A stretch of DNA of 64,000 nucleotides from Planktothrix sp. GU0601_MAG3 (GCA_035193785.1 CP136572.1:544001-608000); one strand, 5' to 3'; shown: positions 1 through 10,630, counted from the first letter of the stretch. Numbers and translations are program-made. The notes: generated by a model not told the origin, from the letters alone.

Positions 1-1494
1 ATGATTCGGCCACAGGCGGTCAATCTACCCCCTTTAAAACCATTGCTAAAGCTATTAGTCAAGCCCAGTCGGGAACCCTGATTCAAGTCGCTCCTGGAAC
101 CTATAACGCCGCTACCGGGGAAGTATTTCCCTTAATTGTCCGCTCAGGAGTCACCATTGTTGGGAATGAGACAACCAAGGGCAAAGATGTCGTAATTCTG
201 GGAAGTGGTCGCTTCAGTAGTCCCAGTTCGGCGGCTCAAAACGTGACGATTTTGATGGAAAATAACTCAACGGTTAAGGGGGTTAGCGTTACCAATGACC
301 AAACCCGAGGCACTGGAATTTGGATAGAATCGGTTTACTGTAATATCGGTAGTTGTACCCTGACGAAATCCAAACGGGAAGGAATTTTTGCCACCGGAAA
401 CCGCCATTGCTGCGGTGCTTAATAGTGATTTTATCGAAAATGTGGGTAATGGCATGGCTTTAGCGGGGAATGCTAAGGGGGAAATTCGGGGGAATAAATT
501 CCAAAATACCGGATATGCGATTTCTGTCCAAGCCCAAGCTTCGCCCTTAATTGTGGAAAACGAAATTCTGGAAAATCGGTCTGGGATTGTCCTATCAGGA
601 CAGTCTAAACCCGTATTACGAAAAAATCAAATTAAGAAAAATCTCCAAGATGGTTTAACGGTAATTGCTGATTCTGCCCCCGATATTGGTAGCCCTCAAG
701 ATAATGGCGGGAATGTATTTGTTGATAATGGCAAATATGATGTGCAAAATGCCAGTAAATTCACCTTAATTTCCGTAGGAAATCAAATTAACCCGACCCG
801 AACTTTGGGAAGTATTGAATTTAGTGCCAATCAAACTCCAACTCCTGGCCCGAGTCCCAGCCCAACCCCAACCCCCGGCGGCTCCACTCCCACTCCCGCA
901 CCAACTCCAGTTCCTGGGGGGGCGAAATTCACCGATATTGGCTCCCATTGGGCGAGAACTTTTATTGAAAGGTTAGCGGATATGGGGATTATTAGCGGTT
1001 TCCCCGATGGTTCATTTAAACCCGATACCACCTTAACCCGTGCCCAACACGCGGCAATGTTAATGAAAGCGTTTGAATTAACACCAGTTCGCGAAGGAAC
1101 TGTATTTACTGATGTGGCGGCGGATTTTTGGGGAAAAGAGGCAATTGATAAAGCAAATCGGGCGGGTTTCCTATCAGGTTATCCCGATAAAACCTTCCGA
1201 CCAAATCAAAATTTAACTCGGGCTCAAGCGGTTGTTTCCTTAATCAATGGGTTGAAATTAACCGGGGGAACATCGAATACTTTGGGCGTTTATACTGACC
1301 GTGCTCAAATTCCGGCTTTTGCTACTAATGCAGTAATTACGGCGACGGAATTAAATATAGTCGTCAATTACCCGAAAAAAGAGGTTTTTAACCCCTTAAA
1401 AGATGTGACTCGTGGGGAAATTGCGGCAATTTTCTATCAAACTTTGGTAGCAGTTAATCGGGCGCAAGCAGTTGATTCTCCTTATATTGTTTAA
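1..1494 (+). CDS. DUF1565 (parallel beta-helix) plus C-terminal SLH-domain surface protein; 5' end outside window, frameshift near 400
   Basis: Frame 3 from the window start reads DSATGGQSTPFKTIAKAISQAQSGTLIQVAPGTYNAATGEVFPL (DUF1565-type). ORF 388-1494 has a Pro/Thr linker, then SLH motifs (FTDIGSHWA, GFPDGSFKPD, GYPDKTFRPN). Confidence 0.85.
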
Positions 1495-1504
1495 CGACTA
1501 GAAA

Positions 1505-1612
1505 CTCTGGTTCCCAGGTTCTACCGGGGAAACCCTGTTCAGGAGGCTCTGCCTCCGATGAACAGCAGGCGGAGCCTGATTAAAGTATTGCTAGGTAGAA
1601 CCTAGCAACAAG
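1505..1612. repeat. Cyanobacterial multi-hairpin dispersed repeat (REP/REPIN-like)
   Basis: GTTCCCAGGTTCTACCGGGGAAAC ... AGGCTCTGCCT...AGGCGGAGCCT ... TTGCTAGGTAGAACCTAGCAA: three palindromic modules just after the SLH gene. Confidence 0.6.
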
Positions 1613-1623
1613 AAATATCTGGT

Positions 1624-2141
1624 CGGGACTTACGCATTTTTTCTTCTAGTTTTTGTTGATGAGCTAAAGCTTTTTTTCTTTTTATTCTTCTTTTTTTTGT
1701 TGACGAGCTAAAGCTCTTTCTTCTTTTTGTTCAGTTTTTTGTCCAGCTTTAACCCTTTTATGTTCGTCTTTCAAAAGTGCCATTTGTTGTTTATTCTCTA
1801 ATTTTATTTTTAATCTTTCAGTTTTTTGATTTTCTTTATTTTGTAAATGTTCAAGTCTGGCTTTATAAGATTCCTCACTTTCATCAGAATTTTTAGCAAA
1901 AATATTACTGGTTTGAATAATATCTTTAGTTTTTTCACCCGTTACTTCAACAATGTCTTTAATGTCTTTAACAAGCTCTGTAATCTTATTTAATGGATTA
2001 AACACAATTATGAATCCTAAAATTTAATTAAATGTTAACAGGACTTACATACTCAGTCAAGTGTTCAACGAGAGAATAAACCTTTCAGCCTCATGACCGA
2101 TGCCCAGAGCAACGAGATTTCATTTCAGTGCGTAAGTCCTA
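1624..2141. mobile_element. MITE-type element with ~13-bp TIRs, a 5-bp TSD and a cargo ORF
   Basis: Left CGGGACTTACGCA (1624-1636), right TGCGTAAGTCCTA (2129-2141). CTGGT is repeated directly outside both ends (1619-1623, 2142-2146). A third TIR-like CAGGACTTACAT lies at 2039. Confidence 0.65.
1682..2005 (-). CDS. Lys/Glu-rich, probably coiled-coil hypothetical protein (cargo of the TIR element)
   Basis: 107-aa ORF, very AT-rich and charged. Its 3' end (ALARQQK) is imperfectly duplicated at 1651-1680. Confidence 0.5.
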   Translation of the reverse strand: MFNPLNKITELVKDIKDIVEVTGEKTKDIIQTSNIFAKNSDESEESYKARLEHLQNKENQKTERLKIKLENKQQMALLKDEHKRVKAGQKTEQKEERALARQQKKEE

Positions 2142-2225
2142 CTGGTAAGTCATATTTTTCTTGAAATTCTGCAAAGGCTTGATTTAGAGGAATTCCTTGA
2201 CCTTGTTCAAATTCTTCTAAACTTT

Positions 2226-2543
2226 CGTTCAACCGATGCCGCTTGGATACCTTTAGCAAAATGGGAATCTCTCACCCCCGAACAGCAAGAGAAATTTCTG
2301 CCAATTTGCCCCGATTTTGTCATAGAATTGCGATCGCCTAGTGATTCTTTAAAACCCCTACAAGATAAAATGCAGGAATATATTGATAATGGCACTTGTT
2401 TAGGTTGGTTAATTAACCGCCAAAACCGTCAAGTTGAAATTTATCATCGGGGGAGAGACAAAGAAATTTTAGAAAATCCCGTCACATTGTCGGGAGAAGA
2501 TATTTTACCTGGATTTGTTTTAAATCTTTCATTAATGTGGTAA
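2226..2543 (+). pseudogene. Uma2 (DUF820) family endonuclease, N-terminally truncated
   Basis: Reads RSTDAAWIPLAKWESLTPEQQEKFLPICPDFVIELRSPSDSLKPLQDKMQEYIDNG...LSGEDILPGFVLNL. The N-terminal half is absent. Confidence 0.8.
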
Positions 2544-2574
2544 TTCAGACTGCCCGCAGTAACGTATTCTTAGA

Positions 2575-3352
2575 TTACGTTTCTGAGGATAAAGACCTAA
2601 TTCCTTGCTGTAGTATCTTTAGCCTATAACCCAAAGTTCCTGGTTGATCAACCTCTAAACTTTCAATCAGTTTGTCCAACAATAAATTTAACTCAACTCT
2701 AGTTTTTTCTTGAAGTATTCTATTAATATCTTGCCCCAGTAAGTAGATGTTGGCATCAAGAAAGTCAATTACTCCCCCTGCAAGTTCATCCACTAATTCT
2801 GTATATACACGATCTTCATCTTCGTACCTTGATAAGATAAATTCAATGTCTTCTAAATCTTTGTTAGTACGTTCTCCCCGATCTCCCCAAGCAAAAACTT
2901 TGAGAACGATAAAAGCTGGCGTATCAATCACTTTAATTTCTAAGTCATCAATACTAGCAGTTGTTGCATGAAAGAGAGCTTCAGGAAAACCTAAAACATT
3001 CATGGGTTTACCACTATCAGGCCAAACAATTTCTTGATTAGGCTCACCAATTTCTCCAAAGGGGACTATATCAACCTCAATATTGGTTTCTATATGAATA
3101 AATTTATGAGCATTTTTTGTGGGTTTAAAACGAGGAGAATTACCACCGATTAGATTGTTCTGAAGTTTTTCATAGACTTCCCAACTCTCTATAGATATCG
3201 CCACATCCCAATCCTTAGTTTCCCCTACCTTCCCCGAATTTATGGTCAAAGATCAATAACCTAGCTCCCGCACCAACCAGAATCATAGGTAACTCTAATG
3301 CACTGACTATATTTACTAAATCAGCCAAAACCTGCTTCTCTTTAGAATCCAT
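2575..3352 (-). CDS. AbiEii-like nucleotidyltransferase (type IV TA toxin), frameshift near 3225
   Basis: ATG at 3352 gives MDSKEKQVLADLV...MILVGAGARLLIFDH, joining ETKDWDVAI...VDIVPFGEI...LKVFAWGDR...KDLEDI. These are Pol-beta superfamily NTase motifs. Confidence 0.8.
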
Positions 3353-4418
3353 AATTCTTTTGAGCTATCTCCTCAATATATCGCTCATAAACCAGTATAG
3401 CAGTTTCTTTTAATCGGCTATTACCCGTTCGTACCAACTCGGCGTGAATTAATAATGGATGAACAATATTCTTCAATCCTCCAAATTCGTTTTGATCATA
3501 CTTGTCATGTCCAAAACTTTCAAGCAACGCAATACTTCCTTCAGGATCAGGTTTTAACTTTAGCTTAACTGCTATCTTGCGGTAATCAACATTTTTACCA
3601 AGATGCAGTATTGCACTAATGGGGCGAAGATATTCAGTTAGAATTGAGGCGGCAAGCTCACCACCGATTAGATAGCCATATTGATCTGCGTATTTTTTAA
3701 GGTCATCTTCGATTTCTGAAAAATTCCGTTTTCCAATGGGACTAAATGTTCCGATTAGTAATTTTGAACGTAATGTTTCAGAGTATCCTAACTCCCACCT
3801 TTCAAGAAGTTTGACATAATCAATGATTTCGTATCTTCCGTGTTTGTAAGTTATGTAATCTAACTCGTTAAGTTTTTTTAGAGTGCTTTTTACCGTTTTT
3901 GTACTAACACCAGAAATGTAAGAAATTTGTTCAATATCATCCCCCTTTAAAGTATTGGGCTGGCTTAGTAAGGCATACATAACTTGCAAAGCAGTGCTAG
4001 TAATTTCTAAGGACTTATTTGTACTATCTTTTGAAGTCTGTTTACGAACTACTACATAAATTCCTGGGCTATTCAGATAAATATTTCCATCGACATCAAT
4101 AAATTCAATATTTCTTTCTAAGAGTTGATCCACAACCAGATTAGACAAACTGCGTGTCACAAGTAGAGGTTTTTGACCAGGCTTTAGTTTGCCACCTAAA
4201 TTAGTCAAATAATCTGCAACTTGTTCAACGACATCATTTGTGAGACCCGTTTTGATTTCACAGACATAATTGACAGTATTATGAGAGTTGATAATTGTTA
4301 GCTCTCCATCTGCCAAAACCTCACTAGAAAAATAAGATTCTACTAGAGTAGCCTTAATATTAGGTAATGATTCAAGGTAGGCAAGACACTTTTGGAATAG
4401 TGGGTTTTTGGGAGGCAT
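3342..4418 (-). CDS. AbiEi-family antitoxin (wHTH plus AbiEi_2-like C-terminal domain)
   Basis: Motifs FIDVDGNIYL, central HTH (ISYISGVSTKTVKSTLKKL), LLERWELGY, GGELAASILTEYLRP, VHPLLIHAEL..GNSRLKETA. Overlaps the start of the downstream NTase. Confidence 0.8.
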   Translation of the reverse strand: MPPKNPLFQKCLAYLESLPNIKATLVESYFSSEVLADGELTIINSHNTVNYVCEIKTGLTNDVVEQVADYLTNLGGKLKPGQKPLLVTRSLSNLVVDQLLERNIEFIDVDGNIYLNSPGIYVVVRKQTSKDSTNKSLEITSTALQVMYALLSQPNTLKGDDIEQISYISGVSTKTVKSTLKKLNELDYITYKHGRYEIIDYVKLLERWELGYSETLRSKLLIGTFSPIGKRNFSEIEDDLKKYADQYGYLIGGELAASILTEYLRPISAILHLGKNVDYRKIAVKLKLKPDPEGSIALLESFGHDKYDQNEFGGLKNIVHPLLIHAELVRTGNSRLKETAILVYERYIEEIAQKNYGF

Positions 4419-4490
4419 AGAACGATTCCCCAGATGACGCGACAAAGTTTAATTATATCTTTAGATGTGTATTTCCGTTGTTTTCAGTCT

Positions 4491-4917
4491 TCAGCCTGTA
4501 TCCAATTCCAATAATAATTGAATCTTTTCCTTTTCTTCAGAATCAACGGTTGCCCACTCCCTAACAATATTAAAATCCTTACTAACCTTAGATAACTCTA
4601 ATAAAGTCGGGTCAATTCTATTTCTATATTTTTTCTCCTCATAGCAATTTAGCAACCTCGGTTAAACTAATATAATCCGGGCTAACTTCAGTCAAAACTG
4701 CCAGGGGAATAGCCCGTTTAACATCCTGAATTGCGCTATAAACTGCTTTTCTAGCAGATGAAGATTCCCGGATAAAATTGAGGGCAATTTTCCCCTTTTT
4801 CCCGATTCCAATTAAGGCATCATCACAACCTTCTGTTGCCAAACTCTCTAGGTAATTATCGGGATCGACTTGAGTATCTGGGAGATTAAAGTTTAAAATA
4901 AAATTATATTCTGACAT
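4491..4917 (-). pseudogene. Putative HicB-like/HTH antitoxin with an apparent internal deletion
   Basis: ORF 4639-4917 (GCDDALIGIGKKGKIALNFIRE...SPDYISLTEVAKLL) stops inside the first HTH helix. Another frame at 4491-4640 continues EEKKYRNRIDPTLLELSKVSKDFNIVREW...DTG*. Confidence 0.55.
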
Positions 4918-4929
4918 TTTTTAGTTCTC

Positions 4930-5250
4930 CTATTTCTCCTCTGTTTGATTATGAATAGTACAGTTATCAATAACACGACGGATTAGTTTAGCATGATTGC
5001 CTGGATTTTTAGGGGTACTCCAAACACTGGCAATACAAAATTCTCCACAGCGACAATCATTGTCATTATAAGGGCAGTAAATCTTTCCCCACGCATGAGA
5101 GCCACCCTCTACAATACGCCATCCATTTTCTTCAGCATACTTCAAGGCTGCTTCAATTTCTGGCTTAGGATGTTTTTTCCAAACTGCCCCGATTACCGAT
5201 GAGCAATAATCTTCATACCGCCCATCTAACGTATTCTTATATAAAATCAT
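4930..5250 (-). CDS. Putative HicA-like toxin with Cys cluster (true start probably near 5183)
   Basis: KHPKPEIEAALKYAEENGWRIVEGGSHAWGKIYCP...CRCGEFCIASVWSTPKNPGNHAKLIRRVIDNC. The GW...GSH pattern is typical of the HicA fold. Confidence 0.55.
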   Translation of the reverse strand: MILYKNTLDGRYEDYCSSVIGAVWKKHPKPEIEAALKYAEENGWRIVEGGSHAWGKIYCPYNDNDCRCGEFCIASVWSTPKNPGNHAKLIRRVIDNCTIHNQTEEK

Positions 5251-5386
5251 TCAATTGCGAATATTTTGCCGTTTTTAGGATAAAATTAAATAGTGGCAAT
5301 CTAGCAGCCTGTTCCCTGTTCCCTTTTGCTCAGGAATTTTGAACACAACTCAAATAGGATTACTATAGTTAGTTTGCTAGTAGTGA

Positions 5387-7729
5387 ATGTCCCCTCGAAG
5401 AAACCGAAGATCCGAAAACCGATGTCGTTACTACATCCGGCACGCAGCAGAGCGTCGTGGATGGGATTTGTGTCATATTGGTAGTGGTGGCGATGTTCTG
5501 GAAGAACAAGGGATTGAGGCATATTTCTCAGATATTGGTCTTAATGGTGAACGCCCCGATTTTTTGTTCTGTTTAACTGCTAATCCCACAATCATTGTCG
5601 AAGCCAAAAACGAGGCAGGCAAGTTAAAACAAGCACAGCAAGAAGCAGAAGACTACGCAGACAAAATCAATGCCGTGGGCAAATATAGCATCAAGGTGGC
5701 AGTTGGTGCTGCGGGTGAAGAAGACAAAGGCTTTGAAATCAGCATTTCTTTTTTGACGGCCCAGGGTTGGGTTCCCCTAACCTCAAATGGGTTTGGATTA
5801 ACAACTTTTCCAACAAAAGCAGAAGTTGAAACCGCATTAAGAGTAAATGACGGTTCAACAACCCTGAGCATACCCTCTCAAGCTGAGTTTATTGATGCAG
5901 CAATTGAAACTAGCCGTATTCTACGCACGGCAAAAATTGAAGCTCCTCTGCGCCCTAAAGTAATTGGTGCTTTGGTTTTGGCAATGTATCAAGGACAAGT
6001 TGATACAGCAACTTCAGAAGCCTTGCAGTCCGTCAATACCCTAGCTGAAACTGCAATTGATAGAGCCCACAAACTACCACAACCCAATCGAAAACGCTTA
6101 AAAGATGCGTTGTGTTTATCCGGGGCCGATTTTAACCGTCTTGCTCCCTATGTTGGGCTAGTGGTCAACACTCTTAACCGTCTGAATGTTCGTTCCGTTA
6201 TTCAAACGGATGCTGACTTTTTGGGAATGTTTTATGAGGCGTTTCTTGCGATATGGCTATGACAACAATGCACTTGGTATTGTTTTTACGCCACGACACA
6301 TCACGCGGATGTGCGCGGACTTGGTTGGTGTAGGTTTTAGAGATCGAGTTATTGATATTGCGGCGGGAACAGGTGGTTTTCTGGTTGCTGCCTTTGATGC
6401 CATGATGCGACAAGCTCCTAGTCCGGCACAAATTGAAAAAGTTAAAGATTCAATTATTGGGTTTGATACTAACCCCACGGTTTGGGCACTTTCCATGCTT
6501 AATATGTTCTTTCGGGGGGATGGTAACTGCCATATCTATAACGAAAGCTGCTTTGACGAAACTGCTTTTGCTGTCATTCAGGGTAAATGCACTAGAGCAT
6601 TTCTCAATCCGCCATTCTCTCAAAACGGGGAACCAGAATACTTATTTGTTGATAGAGCGATGGATGCTCTAGTAACGGGCGGGTTGTTAGTAGTTGTTGT
6701 TTACGCTGGCATTTTTGCCGATATGGATCACAACCCATGGCGAAAGCGATTTCTGCTTAAACACAAACTGCTTGGGATAATTAGCCTCCCGGAAGATTTA
6801 TTTTATCCCACGGCTGCCCCAACATCCATCATGGTTGCAGAAGCTCATGTTCCACTTGACCCAACTGACCGAGTATTTATGGCTCGAATTTGGAATGATG
6901 GATACGAAAAGCTCAAGGGTAAGCGGGTTGAGAGGCATGGCAACCAGATTGATGAGGTTGTGAACGAATTTCATGCTTTTATGCAAGGTCAGCCAGTTAT
7001 TTCTCAGTTGGTAACAATTGTAGAGGGGTGCAACATTCTCTAATGAGTAATATTGAGTGGAGTCCCCAACAATGGCTACCTCAACCGAAACTTACAGAAG
7101 ACGAATTTGAACGTCTACGAAGTGAGGCGATGCGTGGCATTTTTGAAGCTGTAACATTGATGCCAGATCTCGCTGATGTGGTTTTAGATAATTTTGGGAT
7201 TGTTGATGACGATATAGTGGGAGATGAATTACCCTATGGTACTCATGGGGCGTTGTCTAAATATTTCACTGTTGAGAATGGACGCTCAATGGGCGAAAAA
7301 AACTACATTGAAGGCTCAATTCCCTACATCAGTAGTGGTGACTCAACAAATAGTATTCTCAGTCTGATTGATCCTGTTTCCGAGGAAATATTTGAGCAAG
7401 GAGGTATTACAATCACAGCATTTGGTAAGGCAGCATTACAACCTTGGTCATTTATGGCTAGGGGCAATGGGGGCAGTTCAGTTCGAGTATTACTGCCCAA
7501 GTACAAAATGAGCCTAAATGAATTACTGTGGTTTGTCGTACAAATCAACAGGCAAAGATGGCGTTTTTTCTACGCACGGATGGCAATTAAGGGGCGCATT
7601 GCTAATCTAGGGGTTAGTGCACCTCCAGAGGCTTTGGTCGATACTGGTAAAACGGTGTTTGAGCGAGTTCGAGCCTTTCGTGAACAACTTGAAGATCTCG
7701 TTCATCTCAAAACCAAGTTTCCCGTGTGA
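5387..7729 (+). CDS. Fused restriction-modification enzyme (PD-(D/E)xK nuclease + N6-adenine MTase + one TRD), BcgI/type IIB-IIG-like; two frameshifts (~6245, ~7040)
   Basis: Nuclease RPDF...IVEAK; MTase GIVFTPRHIT, DIAAGTGGFL (motif I) and NPPF (motif IV); C-terminal YISSGDSTNS...VRVLLPK...INRQRWRFFYAR resembles a specificity domain. Confidence 0.8.
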
Positions 7730-7764
7730 AGATGTCACGGCGGCGGACGGACGAAAGTTTCTGG

Positions 7765-7870
7765 TATAGCAGTTTCCACATCTATTAGGACATTCTTGAA
7801 AGCTAAAAGCTGCTCATAGTAAGTATTTACCTATAGCCAGATTGCCTATTCCCTATTACCCCTTGCTATA
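7765..7870. mobile_element. Small MITE-like element with TATAGC...GCTATA ends
   Basis: TATAGCAG at 7765 and TTGCTATA ending at 7870, with internal CCTATT heptamer-like repeats. A degenerate relative lies at 5301-5330 on the other side of the R-M gene. Confidence 0.45.
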
Positions 7871-7894
7871 TCAGGTTTATGATCATTAACAACT

Positions 7895-8857
7895 ATGAAT
7901 AATCCTCAAGTTATTTGTATAGGTGAAATCCTATTTGATCGGTTATCAAATGAATTAGGAAAACCCTTAGAAACCGTGCAATCTTGGACAGATTACCCCG
8001 GAGGGGCTCCGGCTAATACGGCTTGTGGGTTAGTAAAATTAGGGATTCCGACGGCTTTTATCGGTTGTATTGGGGAGGATGAATCGGCAGGGCAATTAGT
8101 GGAATTATTAACTAAAATTGGGGTTAATATTACCGGAGTTCAACGCCATTCCCTCGCCTCGACTAGAATTGTTTATGTGGTTAGAGATGAACAGGGCGAT
8201 CGCAGTTTTGCAGGATTTGGAGAGCGAAAAACCACAGAATTTGCTGATACTTATTTGCAGTCAGAACAACTCTCGGAAGAATTATTTAAAACCGCACAAT
8301 TTCTAGTTTTAGGAACATTAGAACTAGCCTATGAAGACAGTAAAAATGCTATTTTAAAAGCTGTTAAATTAGCTAAATATTATCAAGTTAAGCTGTTCAT
8401 TGATATTAACTGGCGACCGATGTTTTGGCAAGATCCAGACCCAGCAATTGCACTGATTTTAAACTTTGTTCAAAATGCCGATTTTCTCAAGTTAACCGAT
8501 GAAGAAGCCGAATTATTATTTAATACTATAGATCCAAAAGCGATCGCTCAACAGTTACAAATTCAAGGAGTATTCGTCACCGCCGGAGAACGGGGTTGCA
8601 CCTATTATTTAGCCGGGAATTATGGGAAAATACCCGCATTTTATGTTAATGTGGTCGATACAACCGGAGCCGGAGATGGTTTTACCGCCGGAATTATTTA
8701 TCAATTCTGTAAATTAGGAATGGAATCAATTAATCATCCTAAAATAGCTGAACAAATAGTTAGGTTTGCTAGTGCAGTTGGGGCATTAACTACAACAAAA
8801 CCAGGTGCTATTTCAGCCCAACCCAGCTTAACAGAAGTGGAAACTTTTTTAGATTGA
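7895..8857 (+). CDS. PfkB-family carbohydrate kinase (fructokinase-like)
   Basis: PGGAPANTACGLVKLG and VDTTGAGDGF PfkB signatures. Confidence 0.9.
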   Translation: MNNPQVICIGEILFDRLSNELGKPLETVQSWTDYPGGAPANTACGLVKLGIPTAFIGCIGEDESAGQLVELLTKIGVNITGVQRHSLASTRIVYVVRDEQGDRSFAGFGERKTTEFADTYLQSEQLSEELFKTAQFLVLGTLELAYEDSKNAILKAVKLAKYYQVKLFIDINWRPMFWQDPDPAIALILNFVQNADFLKLTDEEAELLFNTIDPKAIAQQLQIQGVFVTAGERGCTYYLAGNYGKIPAFYVNVVDTTGAGDGFTAGIIYQFCKLGMESINHPKIAEQIVRFASAVGALTTTKPGAISAQPSLTEVETFLD

Positions 8858-8946
8858 TTCTGGGATAATTGGAATTAGTCTCCTCAAAAATAGAGAGATT
8901 TTGATATTATTCAAACCGTGTTAGCTGGGTTTCCTAACCCGATAGT

Positions 8947-9165
8947 TTAGGGTAACAAACTTCTAATTCCCCATCCCACAAAAATACCAGCAAAAAATGC
9001 CCAAATTTGCCCGCTTTTAACAATATGGTTCCAGGTTCTAACGAAATCACCAATAATATCCACATTCACTTGTTGAGCTAAAATCGTTCCGTGGGCGAAC
9101 AAATTTAAACCGTGATCAAGAAAATGAAACCCGTCAAGAGGATTCAGTATTAGAACAATCATCAT
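8947..9165 (-). CDS. Small cyanobacterial membrane protein (hypothetical)
   Basis: LAQQVNVDIIGDFVRTWNHIVKSGQIWAFFAGIFVGWGIRS, with one C-terminal TM helix. The start may lie downstream of 9165. Confidence 0.55.
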   Translation of the reverse strand: MMIVLILNPLDGFHFLDHGLNLFAHGTILAQQVNVDIIGDFVRTWNHIVKSGQIWAFFAGIFVGWGIRSLLP

Positions 9166-10606
9166 TGTCGCTGACCTTGCTAGATTTTACTTGCAATACT
9201 ACGAGGGTCATATCATCCCCATTACGGTTTTCTGCACCAATAAATTGTTGAACTTGTTCAAATAAATAATCCAGAATTGCCTGGGGATTTATACAATTCT
9301 GACACGCCCAATGGAATGCTTGACTGAGATTTTCCTCATCGAAGCGATCGCCCCGTTGATTCATCGCATCTGTAAATCCATCGGTATAATAAATAATTGT
9401 ATCCCCTGGATAAAGTTGGATTTTATCTTCATAGTAACGACTATCCGCATCTAATCCAATTAACATTCCCAAGGTATCCAACCTTCTAATCGTATTCGTT
9501 GCCATTTGCCATAATAACGGGGGATGATGGGCCGCGTTGCTATAGGACAACATTCGAGTCGCCGGATCATATTCCGAATAAAATAACGTCACAAAGCGGT
9601 TAGAATTTTCCAAATCCGCATACATAACTTGATTCAAATGCCCCAAAATCAAGGAAGGAGAATGACGGTTTAATACCTCAGCCCGCAACATTCCCCGGGT
9701 CATGGTCATAATCAAACCCGCCGGAACTCCCTTACCCATGACATCGCCGATGACAATACTCCAGCGTTCATCGGTATAGACAGAAAGATGATCACCCCGT
9801 TTGTCGAAATTAGAGGGAATAAAATCATAATAATCTCCGCCCACTCGGTTCGCGGTTTGACATTTGGCGGCAATATCTAAACCCGGAATAGTTGGGCATT
9901 TTCGAGGCAGTAATTGTAACTGAATTTCCGCCCCAATTTCCAATTCTCGATCTAATCTTTCTTTCTCCCGTAGGGAAGTTGCTAACTCATCATTGGCAAT
10001 AGCAACGGCCGTTTGATCCGCCACCAACCGGATTAATTTTTGCCGGGTCGGTGTCCAAACATAATTGACATCATGACTAAAAACATATAACCGTCCCCGC
10101 CCGATATTATTCACTAAAATCGGTGTCCCAAATAACTGGACATCGGGGCCAAGATAGCGACTGACTTGATAATCTAAATTGGCCGTATAGGTTTGTAAGG
10201 CAGATTCTGAGAGGTCTTCTAACCTTCCTGTGGTGGAGAAGGAGGTAATTTGTCGGGTTACGGCTTCGATCGCTTGCCGAATATCCTGACATTGGCGTCC
10301 TTCCTGACAATGGAGCCGTTGAAACCGGACTTGTCCATTGGGTTTAAATAATACTAAGGCCCCCCCATCAGAATCCGTCACCCGACTAGCGACTAGGGGA
10401 GTTAACTCCAAAAATTGATTCAGGTTGTTGAAGCTACGCAGGGCATACCCCAAGGAACTTAACAACTCGTTCACGTTTTGCTGTTCTCGATGCAAACGCG
10501 CCACCATTTCCTTGAGGGCAAAAACTGGCGTTGTTTCAGGTGTTGCAGAACCCGTAATCGAGTCAGCAAATTGATCAGAGCGTCTAGGGAGGGGCAAGGC
10601 TGTCAT
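9134..10606 (-). CDS. GAF + SpoIIE/PP2C (RsbU-type) protein phosphatase
   Basis: VGGDYYDF, IGDVMGKGVPAGLIM, YTDGFTDA and GDDMTLVV PP2C motifs, preceded by a GAF-like region. Confidence 0.9.
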   Translation of the reverse strand: MTALPLPRRSDQFADSITGSATPETTPVFALKEMVARLHREQQNVNELLSSLGYALRSFNNLNQFLELTPLVASRVTDSDGGALVLFKPNGQVRFQRLHCQEGRQCQDIRQAIEAVTRQITSFSTTGRLEDLSESALQTYTANLDYQVSRYLGPDVQLFGTPILVNNIGRGRLYVFSHDVNYVWTPTRQKLIRLVADQTAVAIANDELATSLREKERLDRELEIGAEIQLQLLPRKCPTIPGLDIAAKCQTANRVGGDYYDFIPSNFDKRGDHLSVYTDERWSIVIGDVMGKGVPAGLIMTMTRGMLRAEVLNRHSPSLILGHLNQVMYADLENSNRFVTLFYSEYDPATRMLSYSNAAHHPPLLWQMATNTIRRLDTLGMLIGLDADSRYYEDKIQLYPGDTIIYYTDGFTDAMNQRGDRFDEENLSQAFHWACQNCINPQAILDYLFEQVQQFIGAENRNGDDMTLVVLQVKSSKVSDNDDCSNTESS

Positions 10607-10630
10607 CTAAAACCTCACGGGGGAAAGGAA

